Source: Nitrospinaceae bacterium (GTDB lineage Bacteria > Nitrospinota > Nitrospinia > Nitrospinales > Nitrospinaceae). From it: a stretch of 64,000 nt of DNA. The notes under the pieces are model-generated. The model saw only the letters and a list, made by a program, of their open reading frames with translations, had not been told where the DNA came from and did not search any database. Shown piece by piece: positions 40,224 to 50,484 of the stretch. Within the stretch, counting starts at the first letter, position 1. Each line of letters begins with the position of its first letter. The position numbers and the translations under genes are program-made. The stretch spans positions 2,624,001 to 2,688,000 of the forward strand of contig OZ245011.1 of assembly GCA_965223665.1 (NCBI GenBank). Reading direction: 5' to 3'.

Positions 40224-43200
40224 TTAACCAGAACAATCCAACTCTATATTATACGAACCGGTGCTCACTAAAAATCTATCATTGATACGAACAATGTATG
40301 TTCCTGTTTCCGACAATACAAACTGCCGCTGGGTATTAGCATCGAACGTTCCCAACGAAGCTCCACTAGGCGCAAACACCGTGAACCGAGCTGTAAAACC
40401 AGAAGACGTTAATACCAAATCCACCGTTGCTCCCGCATTACCGCTAAATTGAAATAAATCCACTTCAGCTGAAGCATCGATCGTTCCAGCATGGTTCTCA
40501 CCGCAACTGATCAAAGTCGGTGTCGGAGAAGCAGGAATTAAACAAGTAAGACTCAAATTATACGAACCGGTGCTCACTAAAAATCTATCATTGATACGAA
40601 CAATGTATGTTCCTGTTTCCGACAATACAAACTGCCGCTGGGTATTAGCATCGAACGTTCCCAACGAAGCTCCACTAGGCGCAAACACCGTGAACCGAGC
40701 TGTAAAACCAGAAGACGTTAATACCAAATCCACCGTTGCTCCCGCATTACCGCTAAATTGAAATAAATCCACTTCAGCTGAAGCATCGATCGTTCCAGCA
40801 TGGTTCTCACCGCAACTGATCAAAGTCGGTGTCGGAGAAGCAGGAATTAAACAAGTAAGACTCAAATTATACGAACCGGTGCTCACTAAAAATCTATCAT
40901 TGATACGAACAATGTATGTTCCTGTTTCCGACAATACAAACTGCCGCTGGGTATTAGCATCGAACGTTCCCAACGAAGCTCCACTAGGCGCAAACACCGT
41001 GAACCGAGCTGTAAAACCAGAAGACGTTAATACCAAATCCACCGTTGCTCCCGCATTACCGCTAAATTGAAATAAATCCACTTCAGCTGAAGCATCGATC
41101 GTTCCAGCATGGTTCTCACCGCAACTGATCAAAGTCGGTGTCGGAGAAGCAGGAATTAAACAAGTAAGACTCAAATTATACGAACCGGTGCTCACTAAAA
41201 ATCTATCATTGATACGAACAATGTATGTTCCTGTTTCCGACAATACAAACTGCCGCTGGGTATTAGCATCGAACGTTCCCAACGAAGCTCCACTAGGCGC
41301 AAACACCGTGAACCGAGCTGTAAAACCAGAAGACGTTAATACCAAATCCACCGTTGCTCCCGCATTACCGCTAAATTGAAATAAATCCACTTCAGCTGAA
41401 GCATCGATCGTTCCAGCATGGTTCTCACCGCAACTGATCAAAGTCGGTGTCGGAGAAGCAGGAATTAAACAAGTAAGACTCAAATTATACGAACCGGTGC
41501 TCACTAAAAATCTATCATTGATACGAACAATGTATGTTCCTGTTTCCGACAATACAAACTGCCGCTGGGTATTAGCATCGAACGTTCCCAACGAAGCTCC
41601 ACTAGGCGCAAACACCGTGAACCGAGCTGTAAAACCAGAAGACGTTAATACCAAATCCACCGTTGCTCCCGCATTACCGCTAAATTGAAATAAATCCACT
41701 TCAGCTGAAGCATCGATCGTTCCAGCATGGTTCTCACCGCAACTGATCAAAGTCGGTGTCGGAGAAGCAGGAATTAAACAAGTAAGACTCAAATTATACG
41801 AACCGGTGCTCACTAAAAATCTATCATTGATACGAACAATGTATGTTCCTGTTTCCGACAATACAAACTGCCGCTGGGTATTAGCATCGAACGTTCCCAA
41901 CGAAGCTCCACTAGGCGCAAACACCGTGAACCGAGCTGTAAAACCAGAAGACGTTAATACCAAATCCACCGTTGCTCCCGCATTACCGCTAAATTGAAAT
42001 AAATCCACTTCAGCTGAAGCATCGATCGTTCCAGCATGGTTCTCACCGCAACTGATCAAAGTCGGTGTCGGAGAAGCAGGAATTAAACAAGTAAGACTCA
42101 AATTATACGAACCGGTGCTCACTAAAAATCTATCATTGATACGAACAATGTATGTTCCTGTTTCCGACAATACAAACTGCCGCTGGGTATTAGCATCGAA
42201 CGTTCCCAACGAAGCTCCACTAGGCGCAAACACCGTGAACCGAGCTGTAAAACCAGAAGACGTTAATACCAAATCCACCGTTGCTCCGGAAGATCCTCTA
42301 AATCTAATAAAATCTTCTTCTGCGGGTGCATCAATCGAATCAGAGACGAGCCCTCCGCATCCAATACCCGGAAGATATGTGAAACCATTCACCAGAGTAT
42401 CTGTTCCCAATGGATTACTCACTTGAACATCAACCAAAATATTAGGCTGAACAAATGGACCTGCAGGTGTAAACGCCGTTATGGTTTGCATATCTACCCA
42501 TGTGACATCTGTTGCAGGAACACCATCGATCAATACATCCGTATTGTGGGTGAAATTGGTACCCGTAATCGTCACAAAATCCCCACCAATGGACAATCCT
42601 TCATTCGGAGAAATGTTACTGATGGTCGGAGGTGAATTAATCACGGTTACCACCTGTGTGTCTGTAGCCGAATTACCGGCAGCGTCCATCGCGGTCCAGG
42701 TTACAATCGTATCCCCTAAAGGAAACGCACCCAACGGAGCGTCGTGTGTGACACTCACTACTCCAACATTATCAGACGTGGTTGGAGTACCTAATTCTGT
42801 AGTCAAAGTCGGTCCCGGAAGAGTCCACTTAATATCCGGTGGTGCAACAATCATGGGTGGTTGGGTATCTCCCCCACCAATTACATATTCGATGGTAATC
42901 TTAGGTTTACCGGAAGGGGCTTCACTAGAGTTGAAATCGATGCCATCATTCACGCCGGAAGCATTGCGAACAATGATTCCGTTATTGGAAATACTACCGC
43001 TGATCCATGCTTGTACCAGATTGATGCCATCGGGATTCAAATTAATGATATTCTCCCCAAACTGACCGGGAGTGATAGTTCCCAACAAAGCGCTTCCAAT
43101 AGTAGTAATATCGTTCCAAGTCACCGTTCCTTCATTCCAGGAATTGTCCACAGAATACAACTCATAAGGACCTCCACTAATATTGGTCAGGTTAAAATGA

Positions 43201-45119
43201 ACGCTCACCGACTGCACATTCGCATTCGTGGGTATGCCGGACAAATCCCAATGAATGACTGAGCGCACTTCACCAAAACCGTTTGCATCTTGGTCAGACC
43301 CATCCGCCAAAAGAACAGTATCGGAGCCAAAGTTATCGGTTGGGCTGGACTCACGAATTGTAGCGTCCTCGTCTGCATCCTCCATCACCATCACTTCCGA
43401 ACCTGGTGAAGTGTAGGTGACTTTCAAAGTCGGTCTTCCCGAAGCGGCTTCTTTGGAGTTCATGTCAATTCCGTTGGTGGTGCCACCAGTACGAATAGCC
43501 ACCCCATTATTGGGAACATTTCCATCCACCCAGTCCTGAATCAAATCGATACCATCCTGGTTCAAATCAACCACATTCTCATTGAATATAAAGGGTGGGA
43601 TGGTTCCCAATGGAGTGGTGCCAAAATTAGAAGCCAAACTATTCCACGTCACAGTACCTTCATCCCAAGCCGTATCGTTGGAAACAATATTATAAGGGCC
43701 ACTGCTGACATCGAACAGATTAAGAGAAATGCTTGCAGATAGAATTGTTGACCCTGCGGGAATTGTGCTCAAGTCCCATCCAATCACCGTGACCAACTCT
43801 CCACCACCGTCATCGCCATCGGCACTGAGAAAGGTTTGACTGCCAAAGTTGGTATTCGGTGCGTTTTCACTGACGTAAGAATCTTTTATCGATTCCAGGC
43901 TTTGCATAATTATTGGGGGAGGAGAATCGCTGAAGACTATTTTAAGTTCAGGCCGCGTGGTTGCCCCTGCCGCTTCGCTGGAGTTCACAACAATTCCATC
44001 ATTAGTACCTCCCGACTTAATCACTACACCATTGTTATCGATTGAGCCATCGATCCAACCCTGCACCAAATTCTTGCCGTCATCGTTAAGGTCGACCACA
44101 TTCTCACCAAACTGTCCCGGGGTAATGGTACCAAGCAAAGTTGTGCCGACACTTGGCGCAATGCCATTCCAATTAACCGTGCCTTCGTTCCAAGATGTAT
44201 CAACCGAATAGATTTCATAAACACCGGAACTCACATTTGATAATTCGAGAATAATGCTGGCAGATTGAACCATGGCAGTAGAAGAGATAGAAGAAATATC
44301 CCATTTGATCACCGACTGTAATTCACCGAACAACCCGTTGCCGGGATCTTGTGAAACACCATCTGCACTTAATGAGGTATCGTTACCAGCATTACTGGTG
44401 GGGGATGTCTCACGTATGGAAGAATCTTCCGTTCCCGCATAGGCAGGGCTGGGGGACACACCATTCTGAAAACTCTGCATTGTTGCAGATGCGGTTGTGT
44501 AATCAACTGTCAGTTTGGGCCGCGTGGTTGCCGAAGCCGCTTCCCGACTATTGGCATCGATTCCATTGTTGGTGCCGCCACTGCGAATGATAATTCCATT
44601 ATTCGGGGTACTGCCGTTAACCCATCCTTGAACTAAACTGATTCCCGCGGGGTTTAAAGAAATAACATTTTGTCCAAAAGTTCCGGGAGAAATGGTACCT
44701 AATATCGTACTACCTATATCTGATGCGATATCACCGTATGTAACACCGCTTTCGGTCCAGCCTGTATCTACTGAATAAATATCATAAGGCCCACTACTGG
44801 TATCGGTGATTTCCAGAGTGATACTGGCAGACTGTACCATTGCCCCTGTGGGAATGGTTGAGACATCCCATTGAATTACAGACACGACTTCACCAAAAAG
44901 ACCATTGCCTGGGTCTTGATCGGTTCCGTCAGCACTTAAAAAAGTTTCAGAGCCAAAGTTACTGGTGGGAGAGGTTTGTCTAAGAAAAGAGTCCTGCGTT
45001 CCCGCATAAGTTCCATCGGGAAACACTCCGTCTTGAAACTCGGTCGTGGTTTGAGCGAAAGCTAAAGAATTTAAAAACAGGAATAACAGGAAAACAAGTA
45101 CGGAAACTATTTTCTTCAT
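40224..45119 (-). CDS. Large secreted protein: 4x DNRLRE (CBM96-like) + HYR + IPT/TIG + 7x PPC-like repeats
   Basis: Signal peptide; four D.(F/Y)(L/I)RE..P..NFG...RP.L.V.Y modules; DTQPP...FPLGDT.VTWTA.DAAGN (HYR); PTISNISPNEG..GG..VTITGTNF (IPT); 103-aa repeats with GTYIVRI. Confidence 0.85.
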   Translation of the reverse strand: MKKIVSVLVFLLFLFLNSLAFAQTTTEFQDGVFPDGTYAGTQDSFLRQTSPTSNFGSETFLSADGTDQDPGNGLFGEVVSVIQWDVSTIPTGAMVQSASITLEITDTSSGPYDIYSVDTGWTESGVTYGDIASDIGSTILGTISPGTFGQNVISLNPAGISLVQGWVNGSTPNNGIIIRSGGTNNGIDANSREAASATTRPKLTVDYTTASATMQSFQNGVSPSPAYAGTEDSSIRETSPTSNAGNDTSLSADGVSQDPGNGLFGELQSVIKWDISSISSTAMVQSASIILELSNVSSGVYEIYSVDTSWNEGTVNWNGIAPSVGTTLLGTITPGQFGENVVDLNDDGKNLVQGWIDGSIDNNGVVIKSGGTNDGIVVNSSEAAGATTRPELKIVFSDSPPPIIMQSLESIKDSYVSENAPNTNFGSQTFLSADGDDGGGELVTVIGWDLSTIPAGSTILSASISLNLFDVSSGPYNIVSNDTAWDEGTVTWNSLASNFGTTPLGTIPPFIFNENVVDLNQDGIDLIQDWVDGNVPNNGVAIRTGGTTNGIDMNSKEAASGRPTLKVTYTSPGSEVMVMEDADEDATIRESSPTDNFGSDTVLLADGSDQDANGFGEVRSVIHWDLSGIPTNANVQSVSVHFNLTNISGGPYELYSVDNSWNEGTVTWNDITTIGSALLGTITPGQFGENIINLNPDGINLVQAWISGSISNNGIIVRNASGVNDGIDFNSSEAPSGKPKITIEYVIGGGDTQPPMIVAPPDIKWTLPGPTLTTELGTPTTSDNVGVVSVTHDAPLGAFPLGDTIVTWTAMDAAGNSATDTQVVTVINSPPTISNISPNEGLSIGGDFVTITGTNFTHNTDVLIDGVPATDVTWVDMQTITAFTPAGPFVQPNILVDVQVSNPLGTDTLVNGFTYLPGIGCGGLVSDSIDAPAEEDFIRFRGSSGATVDLVLTSSGFTARFTVFAPSGASLGTFDANTQRQFVLSETGTYIVRINDRFLVSTGSYNLSLTCLIPASPTPTLISCGENHAGTIDASAEVDLFQFSGNAGATVDLVLTSSGFTARFTVFAPSGASLGTFDANTQRQFVLSETGTYIVRINDRFLVSTGSYNLSLTCLIPASPTPTLISCGENHAGTIDASAEVDLFQFSGNAGATVDLVLTSSGFTARFTVFAPSGASLGTFDANTQRQFVLSETGTYIVRINDRFLVSTGSYNLSLTCLIPASPTPTLISCGENHAGTIDASAEVDLFQFSGNAGATVDLVLTSSGFTARFTVFAPSGASLGTFDANTQRQFVLSETGTYIVRINDRFLVSTGSYNLSLTCLIPASPTPTLISCGENHAGTIDASAEVDLFQFSGNAGATVDLVLTSSGFTARFTVFAPSGASLGTFDANTQRQFVLSETGTYIVRINDRFLVSTGSYNLSLTCLIPASPTPTLISCGENHAGTIDASAEVDLFQFSGNAGATVDLVLTSSGFTARFTVFAPSGASLGTFDANTQRQFVLSETGTYIVRINDRFLVSTGSYNLSLTCLIPASPTPTLISCGENHAGTIDASAEVDLFQFSGNAGATVDLVLTSSGFTARFTVFAPSGASLGTFDANTQRQFVLSETGTYIVRINDRFLVSTGSYNIELDCSG
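40248..42287. repeat. Tandem 309-bp repeat, ~6.6 apparently identical copies
   Basis: Identical antisense ORFs at 40261, 40570, 40879, 41188, 41497, 41806 and 42115 (period 309); identical protein repeats. Confidence 0.95.
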
Positions 45120-45360
45120 AATCCCCCCCTGAATGGAATAATGGTAAGAAAGGTTAGCCTAATTTTGCTAGGAACATGGAGCATGCAAGATTAGGCCAAT
45201 AATAAATCAAAATTATTTATAGTCAACTAATTTAAAGCACCTGATTACTGAAAAAAATATTCACTAAATTCATTCCATGTCATTATGGGCTAATATCACC
45301 TAAAAACTTTTTAATAAAACAATTTGAATTAGTCCTTTTTGACTACCGACAAAATTATAT

Positions 45361-46533
45361 TTATGTTTCGATCAAGGGATAAAAGTCTTCTTCTCTTAAT
45401 TGAAATGTCCAGGCTACCGCTTGCTTCGCAGTTCTCATCGTATCTGGGACTCTGATATAAAAAGATTTATAAGTTCCATCCTTCTCTGGAGTTGCATTGA
45501 ATACCTTTACCATGGTAAGTGGCTCGTCATTGGTCAACTCTTTGGTAAATAGAACTCCATATTCATCTTGATGAACCATTTTTGGATTAGATTCGATAAG
45601 GTATCGCTCTAAGCCAAACCGTTCTAACATCACTCTCCGAACAGAGGGATCAGTTTCTCTATCTATTTGATACGAAGTAATATTATGAGATCGTTCAATA
45701 ACTTCTTGAGGAACCCTTGTACCATGCCATTGATAAATTCCTCTCAGATTTGACCAAAGGATTGCGGGACGACTTTCATCATGAAGCCGTTCCTGTTCAT
45801 CCATTAATATATGTATTGGCTTTTCTACGAGGATGGCTATTTTTTTAAAAGGAAAAAATAGACTCGTATTTTGGGCAAGGGCCAAAGCCCACTCTAAAAT
45901 GCTAGATCTACTGAAATCACATAATTGAGAAAATAAACCATAAGTCATCAAACTTAAGGATTCCTTGGTATCAAAACTCCTACAGCGAATGTTGTTCCAA
46001 AGAAACCAGTACTTTTGCTGATCCCACTCAAGGGCTTTAAGATTTAAGAGTAAATCCAATTTAGAGTTTAGTTCATCCAGGATACAATCATCCACAAAGT
46101 CCCCGACTTGGTGGTGAATTGCTTCATTCTGCACAGGAACCCAAACCTGCCGGCGCAAATTTCCTTTAATGCGATGTACCATCCGTGTTATTAGAAGTCC
46201 CCAGTCCTCTTGCTTTTCAATTTCCTCATAAACGGTATTTCGTAACTTAGAAGTTAATCGTTTCACTGGGGAATTTGAAAAAAATTCACTGATATCTTCA
46301 TATACCTGAGCTAAGAGAAAATTAACCTGAATCGCTTCAAAAGGAGACTGATACCAAACAATGGGAGGAACTTCTTTCCCGTAAAACTGATAAATTTCAC
46401 GCAACGCTTTTTCCGCTTCATCCCTATTGACCGGACCGGTGGCCCACTTTTGATTTCGCCAGTTGTTTTTGAGATCAGCAATTTCTTGATACATGTGTCC
46501 TCTCCCTTGGATTAAGGTTTTAATCTTGGACAT
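45361..46533 (-). CDS. DUF6745-like protein
   Basis: LHDESRPAI.W...YQWHGTRVP, RRVMLERFG, EPLTMVKV.NATPE.DGT...RVP..MRTA.QAVAWTF; probable start MSKIK at 46533. Confidence 0.7.
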   Translation of the reverse strand: MSKIKTLIQGRGHMYQEIADLKNNWRNQKWATGPVNRDEAEKALREIYQFYGKEVPPIVWYQSPFEAIQVNFLLAQVYEDISEFFSNSPVKRLTSKLRNTVYEEIEKQEDWGLLITRMVHRIKGNLRRQVWVPVQNEAIHHQVGDFVDDCILDELNSKLDLLLNLKALEWDQQKYWFLWNNIRCRSFDTKESLSLMTYGLFSQLCDFSRSSILEWALALAQNTSLFFPFKKIAILVEKPIHILMDEQERLHDESRPAILWSNLRGIYQWHGTRVPQEVIERSHNITSYQIDRETDPSVRRVMLERFGLERYLIESNPKMVHQDEYGVLFTKELTNDEPLTMVKVFNATPEKDGTYKSFYIRVPDTMRTAKQAVAWTFQLREEDFYPLIET

Positions 46534-46845
46534 AGCGATTGTTCTCTGGGGAGTACTCACGTTGCCGGATAACTTGATAAGTTCCTCTCGGTAGTGAAAT
46601 AAAATTGTGCTCTTCATGTTGCAGGGGAACTTTTTGGTTGACTACTAAAAATAAGAGGTTGTTGTGACCGGCAAAGAGTTCTGCCCCTTCTTATAAATAG
46701 CGTGCGCATGGCCTGTTGCCTCACCTTCGGCTAAAACCAGTTTTTGGTCCCTGGAGTTTCCCACCTTTTGTAGAGTGGGTTGATATTCTTGAAAGTGTTT
46801 CCAACTGATTTCTTTCACCAAAACATCTCCTTGTCGATACTGCAT
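46520..46845 (-). pseudogene. Conserved His-motif small protein (YRQGDV...EGEATGHAH...HEEH...RQREY), one frameshift
   Basis: Adding one G to the G4 run at 46684-46687 joins MQYRQGDV..GHAHAIYKKG to AELFAG..LQHEEHNFISLPRGTYQVIRQREYSPENNRYVQD*; RBS GGAGGT. Confidence 0.75.
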
Positions 46846-47007
46846 AGCAACCTCCAACCTAAACGCATTTAATATTTGTTGTTAAATTTGATCTGAAAAA
46901 ATTCTCAAGTATGAACTAAAATAAATCTCTTCATACAATTCGCTTTTACCATTTGCAGTAAGGAAATAAAATCCAATTTAAAAGGATGAAGGGTTTTTGT
47001 AAAACAG

Positions 47008-47060
47008 ATGCATTCCTTAATAAATTATTTAAATGAATTATTCATTTTGCATGCATTCCT
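47008..47060. promoter_or_regulatory. Candidate operator: 8-bp inverted repeat flanked by a 10-bp direct repeat
   Basis: AAATGAAT-T-ATTCATTT (47031-47047); ATGCATTCCT at 47008 and 47051; lies between divergent genes. Confidence 0.4.
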
Positions 47061-47171
47061 ATTATTTATTTACCTTTTGGATTTTTATATTTCCGGTTTG
47101 AATGCTAAATCAAATTAGTGTAGTAGTGGGTTCAAAATATTGCTCATTGTCCAATCATTAGAGGAGGGTTT

Positions 47172-48338
47172 ATGGATAATATCCCCCAAGCTCATATTGA
47201 TGTGGTTGCAGTTTGCAAGTTGGCTGCGGAAGGAAATACCCAAGAGGAGATCGGTCGTACTTTAAAGATGAATCAAGCAAAAGTGAATCGAATTTTAAAG
47301 GACCATGGAGCCACCTATATTAAAACCTTTAAAACTTTTATTGAAAATGAGGGCGATCCCAAAGGAATCATGCAATTAGTTCAGGATCGAATCACAAGAA
47401 AGGACTTGCAGGATCAATTGAGCCAGGAGGCAAAAGACCCTAATTTTAAATTGCGAGTATTTACTCTGCCCAGTGGTTCTCCACAATGGCGCTTGGAACG
47501 TTTTGGGATTTTATGCGCGGGTTACGTAAAAGATTTATTCTCTTCTTCCCGATATTGTGGAGTGACTTGGGGAACTCATCTGGACAGCCTAACCAATGCC
47601 TTAAAAGGGTTTATCATAAATAAACCACGGAGGAACAAAATTGAGTTCATTCCATTATCCGGAGAACCCTTGGGAATAAGCCCCAGCTATTTTTCCAGTT
47701 CCACCTTGGCTCTTCGACTAAATCAAATTGTCAATGGCAACACCAAATCTGAACCCTTTTCTTTGTCCGCTGTTCCTGCCTTCATTTCCCCTATGAATTT
47801 AACCCCTTCTGAATTAAGAGGAATCTGGAAAATGATCGGAGAAGTGGAAGCTTACCAAAAAGTGTTTGGCAGACCCTTGTCCAAAAATAATCCACAAAGA
47901 CCCAAAGTGGAGCAATTGGATATGTTATTAACCAGCCTGGGAGGAGGTGGGGTAATGTTGCGTTATGGTGACCATGAAATGATTCCTAAAAATGTTATAG
48001 AGGATACTGGCCTAAACCAATTAGCATTGGGAGATTTGGGTGGCGTGCTTATTCCCAAAGATTCATCTAAAAAAAAAGCCATAACCCAAATTCAAAAACG
48101 ATGTACGGGTTTAACCATGGGTCATTTACAAAACTGCGTTAACAAGGCAAAGAATAGCAAGAGCAAAAATAAACCTAAAGGCGTGATTGTTCTCGCTTTG
48201 GGAGAACAAAAAGCAGAACTCGTTCTGGCCTGCATCCGATTAGGCTTGATCAACCAACTTTTGTGTTGTAATGCTTTGGCGGATAAATTGTGGAGTTTTT
48301 TGACGGCAACGGATTTGAATTTTATTAGCAAGAAATAG
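47172..48338 (+). CDS. SorC/DeoR-type regulator (HTH + sugar-binding domain), divergent member
   Basis: TQEEIGRTLKMNQAKVNRIL HTH; GVTWGTHL, IPLSG, ALGDLGG, ALGEQKA, INQLLC. Confidence 0.7.
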   Translation: MDNIPQAHIDVVAVCKLAAEGNTQEEIGRTLKMNQAKVNRILKDHGATYIKTFKTFIENEGDPKGIMQLVQDRITRKDLQDQLSQEAKDPNFKLRVFTLPSGSPQWRLERFGILCAGYVKDLFSSSRYCGVTWGTHLDSLTNALKGFIINKPRRNKIEFIPLSGEPLGISPSYFSSSTLALRLNQIVNGNTKSEPFSLSAVPAFISPMNLTPSELRGIWKMIGEVEAYQKVFGRPLSKNNPQRPKVEQLDMLLTSLGGGGVMLRYGDHEMIPKNVIEDTGLNQLALGDLGGVLIPKDSSKKKAITQIQKRCTGLTMGHLQNCVNKAKNSKSKNKPKGVIVLALGEQKAELVLACIRLGLINQLLCCNALADKLWSFLTATDLNFISKK

Positions 48339-48800
48339 TTTTTGAGTTTAAAAGATCCTTTGAGGAAATAATATGAGGTTTTTTTCTTTTGAGAATAAAA
48401 CTCTGGCATTTGTCCTCAACTCGGAATACTATTCTTGTGCCTAAGGAATATTCTCCAGCTAAAAATGGGCTGGACAAAACTTTAAAAATACCTCAGAACC
48501 TGCGCGTAAAAATATTTTTTCTTGGAACAAAATTTTTAATACCACAACCAAGCTCATATCTTTTATCATTTGTCATGAAGTGAATAGGAATAGAATAGGA
48601 CAGATCGACAAACGCTAAAGCTATTTGGTAGAAATTCCATTGTTGCTAAACCATAAAGGATTTTTCTGATTCCCAATTGTTCTAAATCACTAAAAGAGGA
48701 TCAAATGGAACACAAATCCACAACGCCTTACAAGAAAGACCACCAATAGGACAATTAATTCTTTATATCGGAGAAATTACTAAGAATTAGGAGAATTGTA

Positions 48801-49178
48801 ATGATTAAGGCCGGTTCTTACATGAGTCACCCTGTATTGACAACAACACCTGATGTCCTTGCCCATGAAGCCGTAGAAGAAATGCAGCAGAATAATGTAG
48901 GATCTATTCTGGTAGAATCTAACGGAGAGTATGTTGGGATATTTACGAAAACGGATTGGACTCATAAGTTCCTTAAAGGGGGCGACCCTAATTCCATTAA
49001 AGTTTCATCCATGATGGTGTCACCAATTATCCGTGTTGAAAAGGATGAGCCGATATCGAAAGCCAGTGAGTTAATGGAAGCCAATAAAATCCGCCATATT
49101 GCTGTAACAAATGAAGGGGAAATTGTAGGAATTTTGTCAGTAAAGGATTTAGAAAAGTGTTGGATAAACTGGAAGTGA
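48801..49178 (+). CDS. CBS-pair protein
   Basis: NVGSILV...VGIFTKTD; IRHIAV...VGILSVKD. Confidence 0.88.
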   Translation: MIKAGSYMSHPVLTTTPDVLAHEAVEEMQQNNVGSILVESNGEYVGIFTKTDWTHKFLKGGDPNSIKVSSMMVSPIIRVEKDEPISKASELMEANKIRHIAVTNEGEIVGILSVKDLEKCWINWK

Positions 49179-49244
49179 TTAAGGCTTACCTTTAAATCGG
49201 GAAGACTTTCATAGTCTGGTCAAATTTTATTCGCCAGAAATACC

Positions 49245-49967
49245 TTAAGTCACACTGGGTTTGGTTCTTTTAGATAGATTATAATCATTAAGCATCCCCG
49301 TGATAGTGTATTCATTCAAGTCCGACCATTGCTCATATGCTTCAGCGACAGCAAATCTTAAATCTTCGCGCACATTCGGGCAATAAACCTTGTCCACCTG
49401 CTTGGCTAAATCCTTTAAGGAACCCAAGTGCCCGGTAGGGACGGCCACAATCATTTGGCTTGGTCCACATTTACGAATGGCTTCCACTGCCACCTGCATG
49501 GTCACCCCCGTGGCCAGGCCATCATCCACAATAATCACAGTTTTGCCGTTACAATTTGGAAACGGCAGACCTTTTCTAAACACCTGATTCCGACGTTGAA
49601 CCTTGTGTCTGGTTCTTTCTTTATCCTCTTTGACCTCCTCATCACTAAGACCTAAGTTTGTGATAAACGATTGCCTGACCATTTCGGTACCATCAAAAGC
49701 TATCGCTCCATAACCTAATTCAGTGTTCCAATGCGGGGTTATCTTATTTGCCACTGCAATATCCAAGTTTAAGCGAAGTAAACGTGCAATGACTAACGCT
49801 ACTGGAACCCCCCCTGACGGTATTCCTAAAACCAAGGAATTGCTGTCCAATAAGCCTTCGAACATACTTCCGAGCACCTCCCCGGCATGTTCACGGTCCC
49901 TAAATACTTTCGGACGATTTCGTAGTTCAGGCACATCAATTATCACTTTTTCTGTCTCTAAATTCAT
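49245..49967 (-). CDS. Phosphoribosyltransferase family protein
   Basis: FRDREHAG, GIPSGGVPVA, VIIVDDGLATG PRPP-binding motif. Confidence 0.88.
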   Translation of the reverse strand: MNLETEKVIIDVPELRNRPKVFRDREHAGEVLGSMFEGLLDSNSLVLGIPSGGVPVALVIARLLRLNLDIAVANKITPHWNTELGYGAIAFDGTEMVRQSFITNLGLSDEEVKEDKERTRHKVQRRNQVFRKGLPFPNCNGKTVIIVDDGLATGVTMQVAVEAIRKCGPSQMIVAVPTGHLGSLKDLAKQVDKVYCPNVREDLRFAVAEAYEQWSDLNEYTITGMLNDYNLSKRTKPSVT

Positions 49968-50076
49968 TACTTCCCGCTTCTTTTTCGGATTAAAACGTAA
50001 ATTCCTTCTTCTTTAAAATGATATTTGATACCTTAGAGTTGATAACAGGCTTCCATTCGCTTAAAAATTTTTTCTT

Positions 50077-50484
50077 TTACATGTGCGCGGCAAACTCAGG
50101 CTCAATGAGGCTTCTTAGAACATCACCTCTAGAAACAATTCCCACCAGCTTATCATCCTTAACAATGGGCAGTCGGATGATATTAAATTCCTCCATGATT
50201 TTAATAAATTCATCAACGGTTGCATCTTCCCTTGCAGTCACGACATCTCGGGTCATAATATCTTTGGCGGTGATTTTAACCAATTCATTTGTGTCTTTCA
50301 CGGCCTTTAAAAGATCAAGTTCTGTGATAATTCCTACAAGTTTTCCTTCCTCATTCGTAACAGGCATTCCGCTATAAAGACCCGTCATTAACTGTAGGGG
50401 CACATCCCGAGCAGAAGCATTTTCTCTCGCTGAAATCACGGGTCTTGTCATTATTTCTGAGGCCTTCCTGGTCAACTTAATCAT
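50077..50484 (-). CDS. CBS-pair protein
   Basis: SGMPV...LVGIITELD; IRLPIV..KLVGIVSRGD; RBS AGGAGG. Confidence 0.88.
   Translation of the reverse strand: MIKLTRKASEIMTRPVISARENASARDVPLQLMTGLYSGMPVTNEEGKLVGIITELDLLKAVKDTNELVKITAKDIMTRDVVTAREDATVDEFIKIMEEFNIIRLPIVKDDKLVGIVSRGDVLRSLIEPEFAAHM

Noticed and set aside
40248-42287. 309-bp tandem repeat as a CRISPR array, and the repeated 63-aa plus-strand ORFs as genes
   Set aside because: There are no unique spacers and the unit is an in-frame 103-aa domain of the minus-strand gene; the plus-strand ORFs are its antisense shadow.
45181-45200. Sigma-54 promoter upstream of the giant protein gene (TTGGCCTAATCTTGCA, minus strand)
   Set aside because: GG-to-GC spacing is 9 nt rather than the required 10.
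48705-48749. 14-codon ORF with RBS upstream of the CBS gene as a leader peptide
   Set aside because: No attenuator structure or codon bias supports it.
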